A stretch of 64,000 nucleotides of DNA, from IMG/VR virus record IMGVR_UViG_3300015214_000026, positions 96,001 through 160,000 of that record; one strand, given 5' to 3'. This document shows positions 21,549-30,607 of this stretch, in pieces. The translations under genes were made by a program, and so were the position numbers. Position 1 is the first letter of the stretch. The number at the start of each line of letters is the position of its first letter. This stretch comes from a virus (lineage: Duplodnaviria; Caudoviricetes). The notes below the pieces were generated by a model, which saw only the letters and a list, made by a program, of their open reading frames with translations, made no database searches and was not told where the DNA came from.

Positions 21549-21593
21549 AAACCCGTGGAAGTTATCCTAAAAAGAATTAACTTCCACGGGTTT
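21549..21593 (-). terminator. Intrinsic terminator after the major tube gene
   Basis: Perfect 16-bp stem AAACCCGTGGAAGTTA/TAACTTCCACGGGTTT with a T-run on the minus strand. Confidence 0.8.
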
Positions 21594-21619
21594 GATTTTT
21601 ACTAAATTATAATTTAATG

Positions 21620-22144
21620 TTATCTTACTGGCGTATTATTCGCAATAAGTCTGTCATACGAGAACATCGCTGGAATCAGCATAGGAGTAGAGTTGGAACC
21701 ATCCAACGTAACATCGGAAATTTCCTGAATAAAGAAATTTTCCATACGTAGAGTATTCGCCACAGCTCCCGTCGTATTGTAGATAACCAATGAAGCGGTA
21801 GTAGAATAAGTATTCTTATACGCTCCTGAATTACCCGAATCGGTTCCAGCGATAAATTCATGCCAGTTATTAAGGATAGTCCACGACTCAAGGAACGAAC
21901 CTTCAATATAAGTAACAGAAAGCTGTCGAGGATACATCTTACGGCCACGGAATTTTAGGACGTGCCCATGAAGAAGTGATTCAAATGCTTCGTTACTATA
22001 CCCCGGAACCTGTGCCTGCTGGCAACGAAGAGTAAGCTCTTGAGTTGATCCACCCAACGGAATGTTAGGTATAATAAGTTCAAACGCTTCCGCACTAATA
22101 GTATCGGAAAGATTATTTAACTGTGTAAATGAAACGCGTGCCAT
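21620..22144 (-). CDS. Major tail tube protein
   Basis: Directly after sheath; CQ.A.VPG, K..GR, FSYD motifs; followed by a terminator. Confidence 0.8.
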   Translation of the reverse strand: MARVSFTQLNNLSDTISAEAFELIIPNIPLGGSTQELTLRCQQAQVPGYSNEAFESLLHGHVLKFRGRKMYPRQLSVTYIEGSFLESWTILNNWHEFIAGTDSGNSGAYKNTYSTTASLVIYNTTGAVANTLRMENFFIQEISDVTLDGSNSTPMLIPAMFSYDRLIANNTPVR

Positions 22145-22195
22145 AATATTTTGCCTTCGCTATTTAACCTGTGGTTTATTCCAAAGGCTTAATGA

Positions 22196-24442
22196 TTAAC
22201 TAAGCTGATCGATTAGTTCTTCAAAATTCGCTCCAGTTCTAGTAAGAATGGCACGAACATGAATACCCTTAATAACCTGAACAATCTTTAGGTAAACATC
22301 GTAAGCTAACTGTTCAGCGTCAATAACGTCTGGTGTATTGTTGCGGCTATCGCAAACAATACGGTAGTCATAAAGACCGCCCATACCATCTCCACGAGTC
22401 ATTGGGCGAAGTAATGTATGACCTAATTCCGTAGCCTGAATACGAGTCCATTCAGTATTAGGGTCGAACAATACGTAATCAAGACCATCAGCAAGTCCAA
22501 CCTTGATACGATTAAGAATACGTCTTGCATGTACCGATGAAAGGACAGTCTTTTTACTCTGTAAGGTTTCTTCACCCATAACAACCGGGCCAACCTTTGG
22601 ACGATCCTTAATAACGTTGATACCAATTGGGAAAAGTAGTTCTTCCTGTGGATCAGTATAAATATGACGAAGACCAACAGCAAGAGTTACTTTACCGCGA
22701 TTAAGACCTGCTGGAGCACCAATATTCTGTGTTAAACGATCAGAATACGCGTAAGTAGCACCAACGGGACCGGACGGCGGAATATACCTACGTTCTGCGG
22801 TATTGATATCTTCGATTTCTACATCCGGTGTATACATAGCGCCATAGGTAGAATCAATATCAAGCTCAAACATACGATAATCACGAAGATCTTGGGCGTG
22901 CTGTCTATCAGACGGAGCATCAAGAATAGCAATACAATCGGACCTACGTTCTGCTAAAGCAACCATTTCCTTCTGTACAGAAATAGCAGTATATCCCGCA
23001 TTAAGAAGAACATCGACAGGATACTGAACTCGATCTTCAATATCTAGCCAACCCTGTCTAACTTCTGCGGAAGTAACAGATAAACCATCATCGCCATTAC
23101 GAAGATAACGGACTGTAGTAGGCACAGTAATAGGAGTACCAAACTCATCGTATAAACTATCCGTAAACGATTCCGCTGTCTGTAAGACACGAATATTTAG
23201 AGAACGAGTAGAAGCTCTATTAACTACATGCTCAATATTCTGCTGATACCCCATAGAATTAAGCTGTCTACGGAGAGAGACAGTGAATGTTTCAACAGGA
23301 AGGTTAAGATTACTACGCTCATACACACGCAGACGGAATGAATGATCTGGATCAACACCCGTCATTACAGACGTAACAACCGAGGCTACCTGAGTAGCAC
23401 CTCCTGTAACTGCTAAATTATCAAATACTACTGTATTATTACCTGGCTTTTTAGCAATAATAAGTATCGATCTATCATTATTAGACGCGCCAGGCACAGA
23501 TTCTACTTCTGCGGATTCAATGTCAGGATTAGAATCTAAGGCAGCCGCAAAATCTGCTAAAGTTGTATCGGAATTAGTAGTGTATACGGTACTAACAGCG
23601 GTTCCGTTTACATTAACGGATATAGCATTACCGTTAATTAACGGACCCGCAATGGTAAGACGAAAACGCTGACGAACGCCAGGATCGATATTATCGATTA
23701 CGATACCATAGTTATTTGCCCATTTACCGGGATTTTCAGCAAAAACATCGAATAAATGAGCATTCTCGATTATATCAGTATTTGCTTGGGTAGTTCCAAG
23801 TGTAACTTCATAATCAGAAAATTCAATAGTCATAGTCTTGGCGATACGTACCAAGATAGTATGTGGGTCTAAAACAGTCGCTGAGCTACCAACGCCAAAT
23901 GAGTTTAAAGTGACCTGAACAGCAGCCGCAAAGGCCGACCAAGTGTTTGTATGAGAAATAGCGTATGTAGTAGTAGCTGTTTCAACCGTATTACCGTCAG
24001 TAATATCCAGAGATATTACATTTGCTGTAACAAGATCGTCGTCAACAGTTATAAGATAATACGATTCTAAGCCTTCTGCATCATAACCATTGTCTGTGCC
24101 TGGACCATCCACAAAGAATAACGAATTGTTAACATTATCTTTAAGAACGGATAATTTAGAATATTTAGCATCTTTTGTAACTCGATTAACAAGGAGCTGC
24201 TTACTCTGAGTCATAAAAGATGTAGCGGTATCATGGCCAAATCCAATAGTAGGATCAGCTACTAATCCATATAAACGCCGAAAATCTTCATCAAGACCGC
24301 TCTGATAAGTAGGCTTAACAGGACCACGCTCGAAAGCACCAACAATAGCTCCAGTAGTTCCTTCAATTACTGTAACTCTCTGTGTAAGATCGAGGGTGGT
24401 AATTTTAACTGATGGCCTAAGAAAAATAGGTAAGCCAGTCAT
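22196..24442 (-). CDS. Tail sheath protein
   Basis: IVG.FERGPV, NPGKWAN, R.DCIAILD.P, PPSG, APAGLNRG, CD..NNTPDVID motifs. Confidence 0.95.
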   Translation of the reverse strand: MTGLPIFLRPSVKITTLDLTQRVTVIEGTTGAIVGAFERGPVKPTYQSGLDEDFRRLYGLVADPTIGFGHDTATSFMTQSKQLLVNRVTKDAKYSKLSVLKDNVNNSLFFVDGPGTDNGYDAEGLESYYLITVDDDLVTANVISLDITDGNTVETATTTYAISHTNTWSAFAAAVQVTLNSFGVGSSATVLDPHTILVRIAKTMTIEFSDYEVTLGTTQANTDIIENAHLFDVFAENPGKWANNYGIVIDNIDPGVRQRFRLTIAGPLINGNAISVNVNGTAVSTVYTTNSDTTLADFAAALDSNPDIESAEVESVPGASNNDRSILIIAKKPGNNTVVFDNLAVTGGATQVASVVTSVMTGVDPDHSFRLRVYERSNLNLPVETFTVSLRRQLNSMGYQQNIEHVVNRASTRSLNIRVLQTAESFTDSLYDEFGTPITVPTTVRYLRNGDDGLSVTSAEVRQGWLDIEDRVQYPVDVLLNAGYTAISVQKEMVALAERRSDCIAILDAPSDRQHAQDLRDYRMFELDIDSTYGAMYTPDVEIEDINTAERRYIPPSGPVGATYAYSDRLTQNIGAPAGLNRGKVTLAVGLRHIYTDPQEELLFPIGINVIKDRPKVGPVVMGEETLQSKKTVLSSVHARRILNRIKVGLADGLDYVLFDPNTEWTRIQATELGHTLLRPMTRGDGMGGLYDYRIVCDSRNNTPDVIDAEQLAYDVYLKIVQVIKGIHVRAILTRTGANFEELIDQLS

Positions 24443-24488
24443 TATTGTATACCTCTAGGTTTAAACTATCAACGAAACATGTTGTAAA

Positions 24489-24788
24489 TTACTTTTTCTT
24501 CTTATCGTCCCATTTATCTTCAGCTTTATCTTCTACCTTAACAACAGGCTTAGGCGGATTCTCAATAATACCAACCCTAATAAGGTCCTTAACACTAGGA
24601 GAAATAGATTTAAAGTATGTAGAAGATGGCACACTGGTAAGTAAAGACGAATTTATTTTAACGATCCCATGGGCCGGAACTACCAATTCCTCGTTATCCT
24701 TTAGAGGGATATTTTTAGAAATAGGCATCTTGTTCTTAACGACATAAATCGGAAATTCTTCAATAAGAGATTCAAACGGAGTTTTCAT
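24489..24788 (-). CDS. Hypothetical protein
   Basis: 99-aa ORF with AGGAG RBS, in operon. Confidence 0.6.
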   Translation of the reverse strand: MKTPFESLIEEFPIYVVKNKMPISKNIPLKDNEELVVPAHGIVKINSSLLTSVPSSTYFKSISPSVKDLIRVGIIENPPKPVVKVEDKAEDKWDDKKKK

Positions 24789-24808
24789 TTAATATTTCTC
24801 CTAAATAG

Positions 24809-25153
24809 CTAAACAACGAGATACGATATAGTCGCTGGCAGCGTTATTGGGTTATTAGCGGGATTAGTAATTGTAACTTCACCCTCAAATGGTAGAACCA
24901 CCAAAGATTCCTTCACAAGAATCTCAAATTCTTCATTCGCTGTGTTCTTAAACTGAATTAGTATTTGAGGACTTACACTACAAATAAACAGCTTATTTAC
25001 AGTAAGTTCAACAGGTGAATCTCCCGGTAACATTGATTCTTTAGATAAAGAATGAAAATTTATATCAGCAAGCGAAAAGGAAGAATCCATAAGGACGGTC
25101 TTCCTTCGCTTATCAGTAGAAGTTGTGACTAAAGAAGTAACTATGGCTGGCAT
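24809..25153 (-). CDS. Hypothetical structural protein
   Basis: 114-aa beta-rich ORF in operon. Confidence 0.6.
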   Translation of the reverse strand: MPAIVTSLVTTSTDKRRKTVLMDSSFSLADINFHSLSKESMLPGDSPVELTVNKLFICSVSPQILIQFKNTANEEFEILVKESLVVLPFEGEVTITNPANNPITLPATISYLVV

Positions 25154-25159
25154 GGGAAA

Positions 25160-25906
25160 TTATCCCCTGAATTTAGCGGATTCTTTATTAAAATAATCTG
25201 TGTAATTAATAGTTTGCGAAAGGTCCATATATGGACTACCTTTAAAAAATACTTCTTCATTATCTGCTTCTGTAGTATTGAATACTATGTTACGAATCAT
25301 TCTATGCTCTTCTACATATCCAAGATATGTTTTTAGAATAATTACAAATTCATATTCATAATATTCACCGGCATCATCGGAGGTTTCTACCATAGATATA
25401 GAATTGTCTATGGTAATAGAGGTTTCTACTACAAAACCTTCTTCGCCTTTCATTACAAATCCGACTCTAGGAGCGTTATATAGAAGGATATGAGCTAGGG
25501 AAATCATATCGTCCATACTATCAGACTTGAAATAAAAGCCTAAACCTACACGTATTCTGCGTAAGTCTTCCATTGTAAATTTGCCGGTAGTCACGTCTCT
25601 TTTTGTTATATAACCTTTAGTAGCCCTATTCTTTTTAAGGGCTCCTAGTTCTTCATCAAGAGACATTTCCACTATAGCGGAATTTAATAATGGGTATTGT
25701 ACCTTAGTTTTATCTTTAGCGTAAGTTTCTCTATCTAAGGAAGCTTCTAGCTGCCTAAGATACCTTCTATTACCAACCATTTTTCCAGTAAGCGGACGCT
25801 CGTTATCTAACGACCATTCTTTATTAATCCAGGCTAATACCTGTTTTAATGAAAAATTAAGTATACCGCTTTTCTTTCTATGGTCAGACATATTAAACCT
25901 AAACAA
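25160..25906 (-). CDS. Putative tail terminator/neck protein
   Basis: 248 aa between capsid and sheath genes; synteny only. Confidence 0.4.
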   Translation of the reverse strand: MFRFNMSDHRKKSGILNFSLKQVLAWINKEWSLDNERPLTGKMVGNRRYLRQLEASLDRETYAKDKTKVQYPLLNSAIVEMSLDEELGALKKNRATKGYITKRDVTTGKFTMEDLRRIRVGLGFYFKSDSMDDMISLAHILLYNAPRVGFVMKGEEGFVVETSITIDNSISMVETSDDAGEYYEYEFVIILKTYLGYVEEHRMIRNIVFNTTEADNEEVFFKGSPYMDLSQTINYTDYFNKESAKFRG

Positions 25907-26231
25907 ACATCTTGGAGATCATATCATGAAAGGTTTGCCTAGCAACATCTTCAGACATGGCTGTTTCATTATCTAATAAAGCATCTAAATTAGTAGTATC
26001 TTCGTCTACTTCTTCATCATTGAAACAAGCATTCTCAAGAATATTTTCTACTGGAATACCGTCATTTACAGTAACAATCTGTAAGCTATCCTCTATATCT
26101 TGAGGTTCCATATTCTGAAGTTCGTCGAGAGCTATTTCCATCATATTCATGGCAATATCGCGATTATCCTGCTTACAGGAATCACACGCAGCAACCAACA
26201 TAGCCTTTACTTTATTAAGATTAACAGTCAT
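25899..26231 (-). CDS. Acidic hypothetical protein (possible internal head protein)
   Basis: ATG 26231 (MTVNLN); contains an NETAM motif. Confidence 0.55.
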   Translation of the reverse strand: MTVNLNKVKAMLVAACDSCKQDNRDIAMNMMEIALDELQNMEPQDIEDSLQIVTVNDGIPVENILENACFNDEEVDEDTTNLDALLDNETAMSEDVARQTFHDMISKMFV

Positions 26232-26255
26232 GTTCCCTATCCCTAGCACAAATAA

Positions 26256-26281
26256 AGGGTGGGAGAATAATCTCCCACCCT
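26256..26281 (-). terminator. Intrinsic terminator after the major capsid gene
   Basis: 11-bp stem AGGGTGGGAGA/TCTCCCACCCT followed by TTATTT on the minus strand. Confidence 0.85.
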
Positions 26282-26294
26282 ATTATCAATGAAA

Positions 26295-27362
26295 TTAGTT
26301 ACGCTTACCACGAGCAACCGCTTTCGCATTACCGAGAGTAGCCGAAATAACTTCATTAAGCGACCAACCACGAGCAGGAACAAACTTTTCATACTCATCA
26401 ATTGGGGTAGCATTAACAGGACCGCGATCCGTATACGCACCAAGGAACTCTGGGCTACCGCAGACGAAGAACTCACCGCGCTCCAGAACCTGAAGGTTAC
26501 GATCACGATAACCATCAGTAATGATAGACATGCCGAGAAGATTACCGATACGGCCAGTCTTGATGATTTCCCACTTAGTAACCGGATCAAACCACTGCGA
26601 GAAATTCGAACCACCGATAGCGTCATTGATAAGATCAATGGCTGCAATACAAGTGGTAGCAGGAATACGCCAACGATCAACGTTTTCCTTAACCGCAACG
26701 AGATTGGTCTGAGACCAAGTACCGTTGAAGTAGGTAACATCGTTATAAATACCATCAGCGGTACGCATCATACCAGTAACGTGCTTATCTTCCTGAACAA
26801 AAATCTGTTCAAGACCTTGGAAATACTTTTCCTCAAGAACGTCGCTATTACCCTGATGAATTTCAATCAGTTCAACGCGAGGAGTAGCAGTGACATAGAA
26901 CTCCTCTGCAAAGAGATATGTGTCACGAACATACTGCGGGTAAATCATGCCAACGCCGCGCGAACGGACGGCAGTAACATGACGTTCCTTAATACGAACG
27001 CGAGGAACCGATCCTTCCTGAACGTCGCCACGGAAGAAGACAGTACGCATGAAACCTTCACGTTCCAGACGAACATCGATATCCGCAGCAATAGCCGAAC
27101 CAAGTTCCGCCCATTCCTTAGAATCATGAATTGCTTCACGGATAGCAGAAGCACGTTCAGCACGCAGAGCCGAACGGTCATGACGGCGACCGTCATCATC
27201 GAACACTTCGCCGTCCTGAATCATGCCAGCAATTTCAATGAGGCGATTCATGAGTTCCTGTTTCGAACCGGCATTGATCTCACCATTACGGCCAACGATC
27301 ATGTCATTGGAACCGCGGAACCTTGATTCTAAAACCGGAGTAGGATGCTTGTTAATACGCAT
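26295..27362 (-). CDS. Major capsid protein (HK97 fold)
   Basis: 355 aa after protease-scaffold-decoration genes; strong codon bias; TGRIG.LLGM.I.TD motif; own terminator. Confidence 0.8.
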   Translation of the reverse strand: MRINKHPTPVLESRFRGSNDMIVGRNGEINAGSKQELMNRLIEIAGMIQDGEVFDDDGRRHDRSALRAERASAIREAIHDSKEWAELGSAIAADIDVRLEREGFMRTVFFRGDVQEGSVPRVRIKERHVTAVRSRGVGMIYPQYVRDTYLFAEEFYVTATPRVELIEIHQGNSDVLEEKYFQGLEQIFVQEDKHVTGMMRTADGIYNDVTYFNGTWSQTNLVAVKENVDRWRIPATTCIAAIDLINDAIGGSNFSQWFDPVTKWEIIKTGRIGNLLGMSIITDGYRDRNLQVLERGEFFVCGSPEFLGAYTDRGPVNATPIDEYEKFVPARGWSLNEVISATLGNAKAVARGKRN

Positions 27363-27390
27363 TATTTCAAATCCTTTTTAAAAAGAACTA

Positions 27391-28101
27391 TTACTCGGTG
27401 ATATAAAGACCGAGGAACGAATCTTCCGACGACGGAACACTAATAACCTTACAGCCAGTGCTTGTACCGCTCGCCGAAGTAAGAGTAAACAAACCGTTAG
27501 CGCCGATGTAAACCGGAGTAGCGGCAGTCCATCCATTCCAGTTAGAGGAAAGGTCATACATAGTAGTATAAGCCATACCAGTGTTCATAACACCGATAGT
27601 GCCAATGTCCGAAACATTATGCGAACCATTCTGGTGGAAGTTGTACTTCATGATGGCTTCTTGGAAGGTGATCGCGTAATTGTAACCAACTTCAATAACT
27701 TCGCCAGCTAGAGTCGAATTAACCGTAATGACTCCATTCGAAATGGAGTATTCAGTAGCGTTCGTCGGGTTACCCGCAGTCAACGTAGTACGAGCACCGC
27801 CAGCAGCCACATGAACTACACGAATGGTGTTACCCTGCATGGCCTTGCTAAGAGTAATGGTATACGGAGACGTCGCACGAACAACGAGGGTTTCGAAATA
27901 AGGAACGACAGTAGGAGTAGCAGCACGACCAACGGCAACGCCCGCAAACGCTTCGTTACCACCACCAACAGAGGGGCGAAGACCACCTTCACCACCATCG
28001 AGCTGCCAAACCAGCGCACTACCTTCTTCGATCGACGAAACCGCCGAATGAGTCCTGTGAACATAGTGTTCAACGAGCTTTGACCTGTTAATATCTAACA
28101 T
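27391..28101 (-). CDS. Capsid decoration/cement protein
   Basis: Directly upstream of the capsid gene; FAGVA and YIGANGLFT motifs; highly expressed codon usage. Confidence 0.65.
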   Translation of the reverse strand: MLDINRSKLVEHYVHRTHSAVSSIEEGSALVWQLDGGEGGLRPSVGGGNEAFAGVAVGRAATPTVVPYFETLVVRATSPYTITLSKAMQGNTIRVVHVAAGGARTTLTAGNPTNATEYSISNGVITVNSTLAGEVIEVGYNYAITFQEAIMKYNFHQNGSHNVSDIGTIGVMNTGMAYTTMYDLSSNWNGWTAATPVYIGANGLFTLTSASGTSTGCKVISVPSSEDSFLGLYITE

Positions 28102-28131
28102 TTCATATTTTCCTTTTGTAAATGGAATGTA

Positions 28132-29565
28132 TTAACGAAAGAGCCTGGAGTATTTATTAACCGCTGGCTTCTTAGTTTCTGTACGTCCAATAAACTCCGC
28201 TGTTTCAACTGTTGACACTGGTGGAACATAGGCAGCCGTTTCAGTACGATCCTCATCAATACTACCGATGAACTCCGACTTGGAAACGGTTTCTGCAATA
28301 CCCTTGATATAATCTTCAGACTTGGAGGAAAGTTCCTTAGCCTTTTCCACACCAGCCTTAATATAACCATGGGAATGTTTAGCAAGAGCGCGACGAACTT
28401 CACGCTGCGCATTCTTAACACCATTGCGGGCAAGAAGCGAAGCAAGTTCACTGGCAAGTTCGTTATCACAATCAAACAAGCCTTTGTTGATACCAACAAA
28501 AGAAAGTTCGATTAAACGAGCCATATCATTAATAGACGACTTGACTTTTTCCTCCGCCTGAATGTTAATAGAGGCGGTTTCTCTTTCAAGTCGCTTATTA
28601 TAAAGATCGCCAACCTTCACCTTAAAAGTAACAGGGGTGTATCCATAAGCAGCCAATTCAGAAGATGTCTGATTATCGCGGTTCAAATTAAAGACTGGCT
28701 TGAACGCCGCAACAAGTTTAGACCCGTCATCAAACAGAGGGGCCGCCTTTTCCGAAGCTCTAAGGCGACGGAGAGTACCGACATGCGTACCGCCGACAAA
28801 CGCGGCGATTTCACTATTGTCAGTAGTAAGGGTAACAAGCTTAAGATTAGCTTCCTCGTCAGCGATCGCCATAGCAGGAATTTCCTGTACAGCGCCTTCA
28901 TTGATCGCTTCAGCAGTAGGTTCTTCAACAACAGAGGTTTCAACAGGAGTCGCCTCCTGTTCTACAACCTCAGCAACAGGTTCTGTAACTTCTTCCGAAG
29001 CCGCTTCAGCAGTAGGTTCGTCGTCAAGGGTTCCATCCATGACTTCTTCAACGGCTTCATTTTCGTCAGCTTCGTCGTCATTGAAGATTTCTTCTTCATC
29101 TTCTTCTGAATATTCTTCATCGTCAGAGTTCAAAGAATCATCAACTGACTCAAATTCATCTTCAGTAGACGAATTATCTTCCGCCGTTTCATTTTCCATA
29201 TAATGAAAAACAGTTTCCTTACCAGTAATCGGGCAATAAGCGGTTTCACCGCCTAGAGCAAAGGCGAGATCAGGATCAACACCAATAACAACATCGGTAT
29301 CGGTCTTCATAGCAATCAGATTATCAAGCTGATTGAATGTTTCGCCTTCACATTCCTGCTGGGACTTTTCAATATAAGGAAGAGCATCGCCAGTAACAGG
29401 ATTATAAATCTTATCCATATTGGAAACAAGATTCAAACCATTGCCATCCGAGAAAGCGCGGATAACCGTCTTCCTGCTAGCGACCTCACCCTTGGAAAGA
29501 AACATCATAATAGGAGACGTGCATTCTTTGATCGTCTCCGCAAGTTCAAGAAATTTCTTTGGCAT
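28132..29565 (-). CDS. Prohead scaffold/core protein
   Basis: GGAGG RBS before ATG 29565; very acidic linker and C-terminal coiled coil; follows the protease; several E-x-A motifs. Confidence 0.6.
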   Translation of the reverse strand: MPKKFLELAETIKECTSPIMMFLSKGEVASRKTVIRAFSDGNGLNLVSNMDKIYNPVTGDALPYIEKSQQECEGETFNQLDNLIAMKTDTDVVIGVDPDLAFALGGETAYCPITGKETVFHYMENETAEDNSSTEDEFESVDDSLNSDDEEYSEEDEEEIFNDDEADENEAVEEVMDGTLDDEPTAEAASEEVTEPVAEVVEQEATPVETSVVEEPTAEAINEGAVQEIPAMAIADEEANLKLVTLTTDNSEIAAFVGGTHVGTLRRLRASEKAAPLFDDGSKLVAAFKPVFNLNRDNQTSSELAAYGYTPVTFKVKVGDLYNKRLERETASINIQAEEKVKSSINDMARLIELSFVGINKGLFDCDNELASELASLLARNGVKNAQREVRRALAKHSHGYIKAGVEKAKELSSKSEDYIKGIAETVSKSEFIGSIDEDRTETAAYVPPVSTVETAEFIGRTETKKPAVNKYSRLFR

Positions 29566-29641
29566 AAATTTGCCTCCAAAATGAGGGGTTACATGTGAAA
29601 TCGGTACGATGTACAAAGTTCTAACCGTGTATCACCATATA

Positions 29642-29671
29642 AGAATTACGAAAACCAGCATTTGGTTACAA
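29642..29671 (-). promoter_or_regulatory. Putative late promoter of the capsid operon (TTGTAA-17-TAATTCT)
   Basis: TAATTCT at 29642-29648, just downstream of a terminator. Confidence 0.55.
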
Positions 29672-29730
29672 TATACGGGATAATGGGGTAGGCTCTAGTG
29701 TTCCCAAAATACAAAAACACGCACAAAAAT

Positions 29731-29757
29731 ACCCCGGTAGGAGATTCCTACCGGGGT
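29731..29757 (-). terminator. Intrinsic terminator after the protease gene
   Basis: 12-bp stem ACCCCGGTAGGA/TCCTACCGGGGT followed by ATTTTTG. Confidence 0.85.
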
Positions 29758-29814
29758 TGGCATTAATTAGTAATTGTAGAGCGAAGGTTATCTCCAGATA
29801 ATAACTAGATTTTA

Positions 29815-30603
29815 TTAAACCTTTTTCATATCAAATATATGACTGGTAACTGCCGATGACCAGGCAGGAACAGTAACCGATGAAACCTCAAAACCTTCAA
29901 TACCTACTCTAGCTAAAAGATAACTAGGAAGATACCCATATTTAGTTTCATAGAATTTAGGTTTACCTCTAATTACGTGTCCACATTCAGTATTAAGTTT
30001 ACCACGTTTTGATAAAGCACCACAAATAGAACATTCATATTGAGACACGAAGGCGCCCATCGAATATGATTTGCGCTGACCCGTAAGAATACCTTGCGCT
30101 AATGCGTAATCTTTGGTACGATCAAAACCACAAAGAGCTACAACCTTAAATAAATTACCTTTTGCATTATTAAGCTTAGACATATAGGTATCAAATACAA
30201 TACCTTTGGCCTCTTCTACTTTAAAATGATTATGTTCAGCATAACAAGGTTTCCCGCTCCAAGTTTTATAATTAAGTCTGCCTTGGATAGGATTAAAACC
30301 AATCAAGGTTTCATGCGGAAATGCCACACTATTTCGATTAGGCAGATCACTAGGCATTATAATAACCGGGACTACAACGTAGTCCTTTATATTAGGGGAT
30401 ATATTATATACCTCTGATGCCATAGGCAGCCAAGATTGAACTTCCAGATGCTTAGCTATATCTGGATTCTTGTGAACATCGATAGGATTTTCAGTACCAA
30501 AAGAAGCTGACTCAATAAGCCCGACCTTCTCTCTATCTCTATTAAGAGTATCGTTCGTACTAGCTGATAAAGCTTTCGTAATTAGATTTTGAAGATCAGG
30601 CAT
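29815..30603 (-). CDS. Prohead maturation serine protease with a Zn-ribbon insert
   Basis: PNRN..AF, GKP...EH.H, SYSMG, FE.S.V..PA motifs; CSICG...CGH insert. Confidence 0.8.
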   Translation of the reverse strand: MPDLQNLITKALSASTNDTLNRDREKVGLIESASFGTENPIDVHKNPDIAKHLEVQSWLPMASEVYNISPNIKDYVVVPVIIMPSDLPNRNSVAFPHETLIGFNPIQGRLNYKTWSGKPCYAEHNHFKVEEAKGIVFDTYMSKLNNAKGNLFKVVALCGFDRTKDYALAQGILTGQRKSYSMGAFVSQYECSICGALSKRGKLNTECGHVIRGKPKFYETKYGYLPSYLLARVGIEGFEVSSVTVPAWSSAVTSHIFDMKKV

Positions 30604-30607
30604 GCTA

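Noticed and set aside
26289-27326. 345-aa antisense ORF over the capsid gene, and similar shadow ORFs at 27811, 28700 and 48546
   Set aside because: Expected by-product of strong codon bias in the sense gene; no RBS or protein-like motifs.
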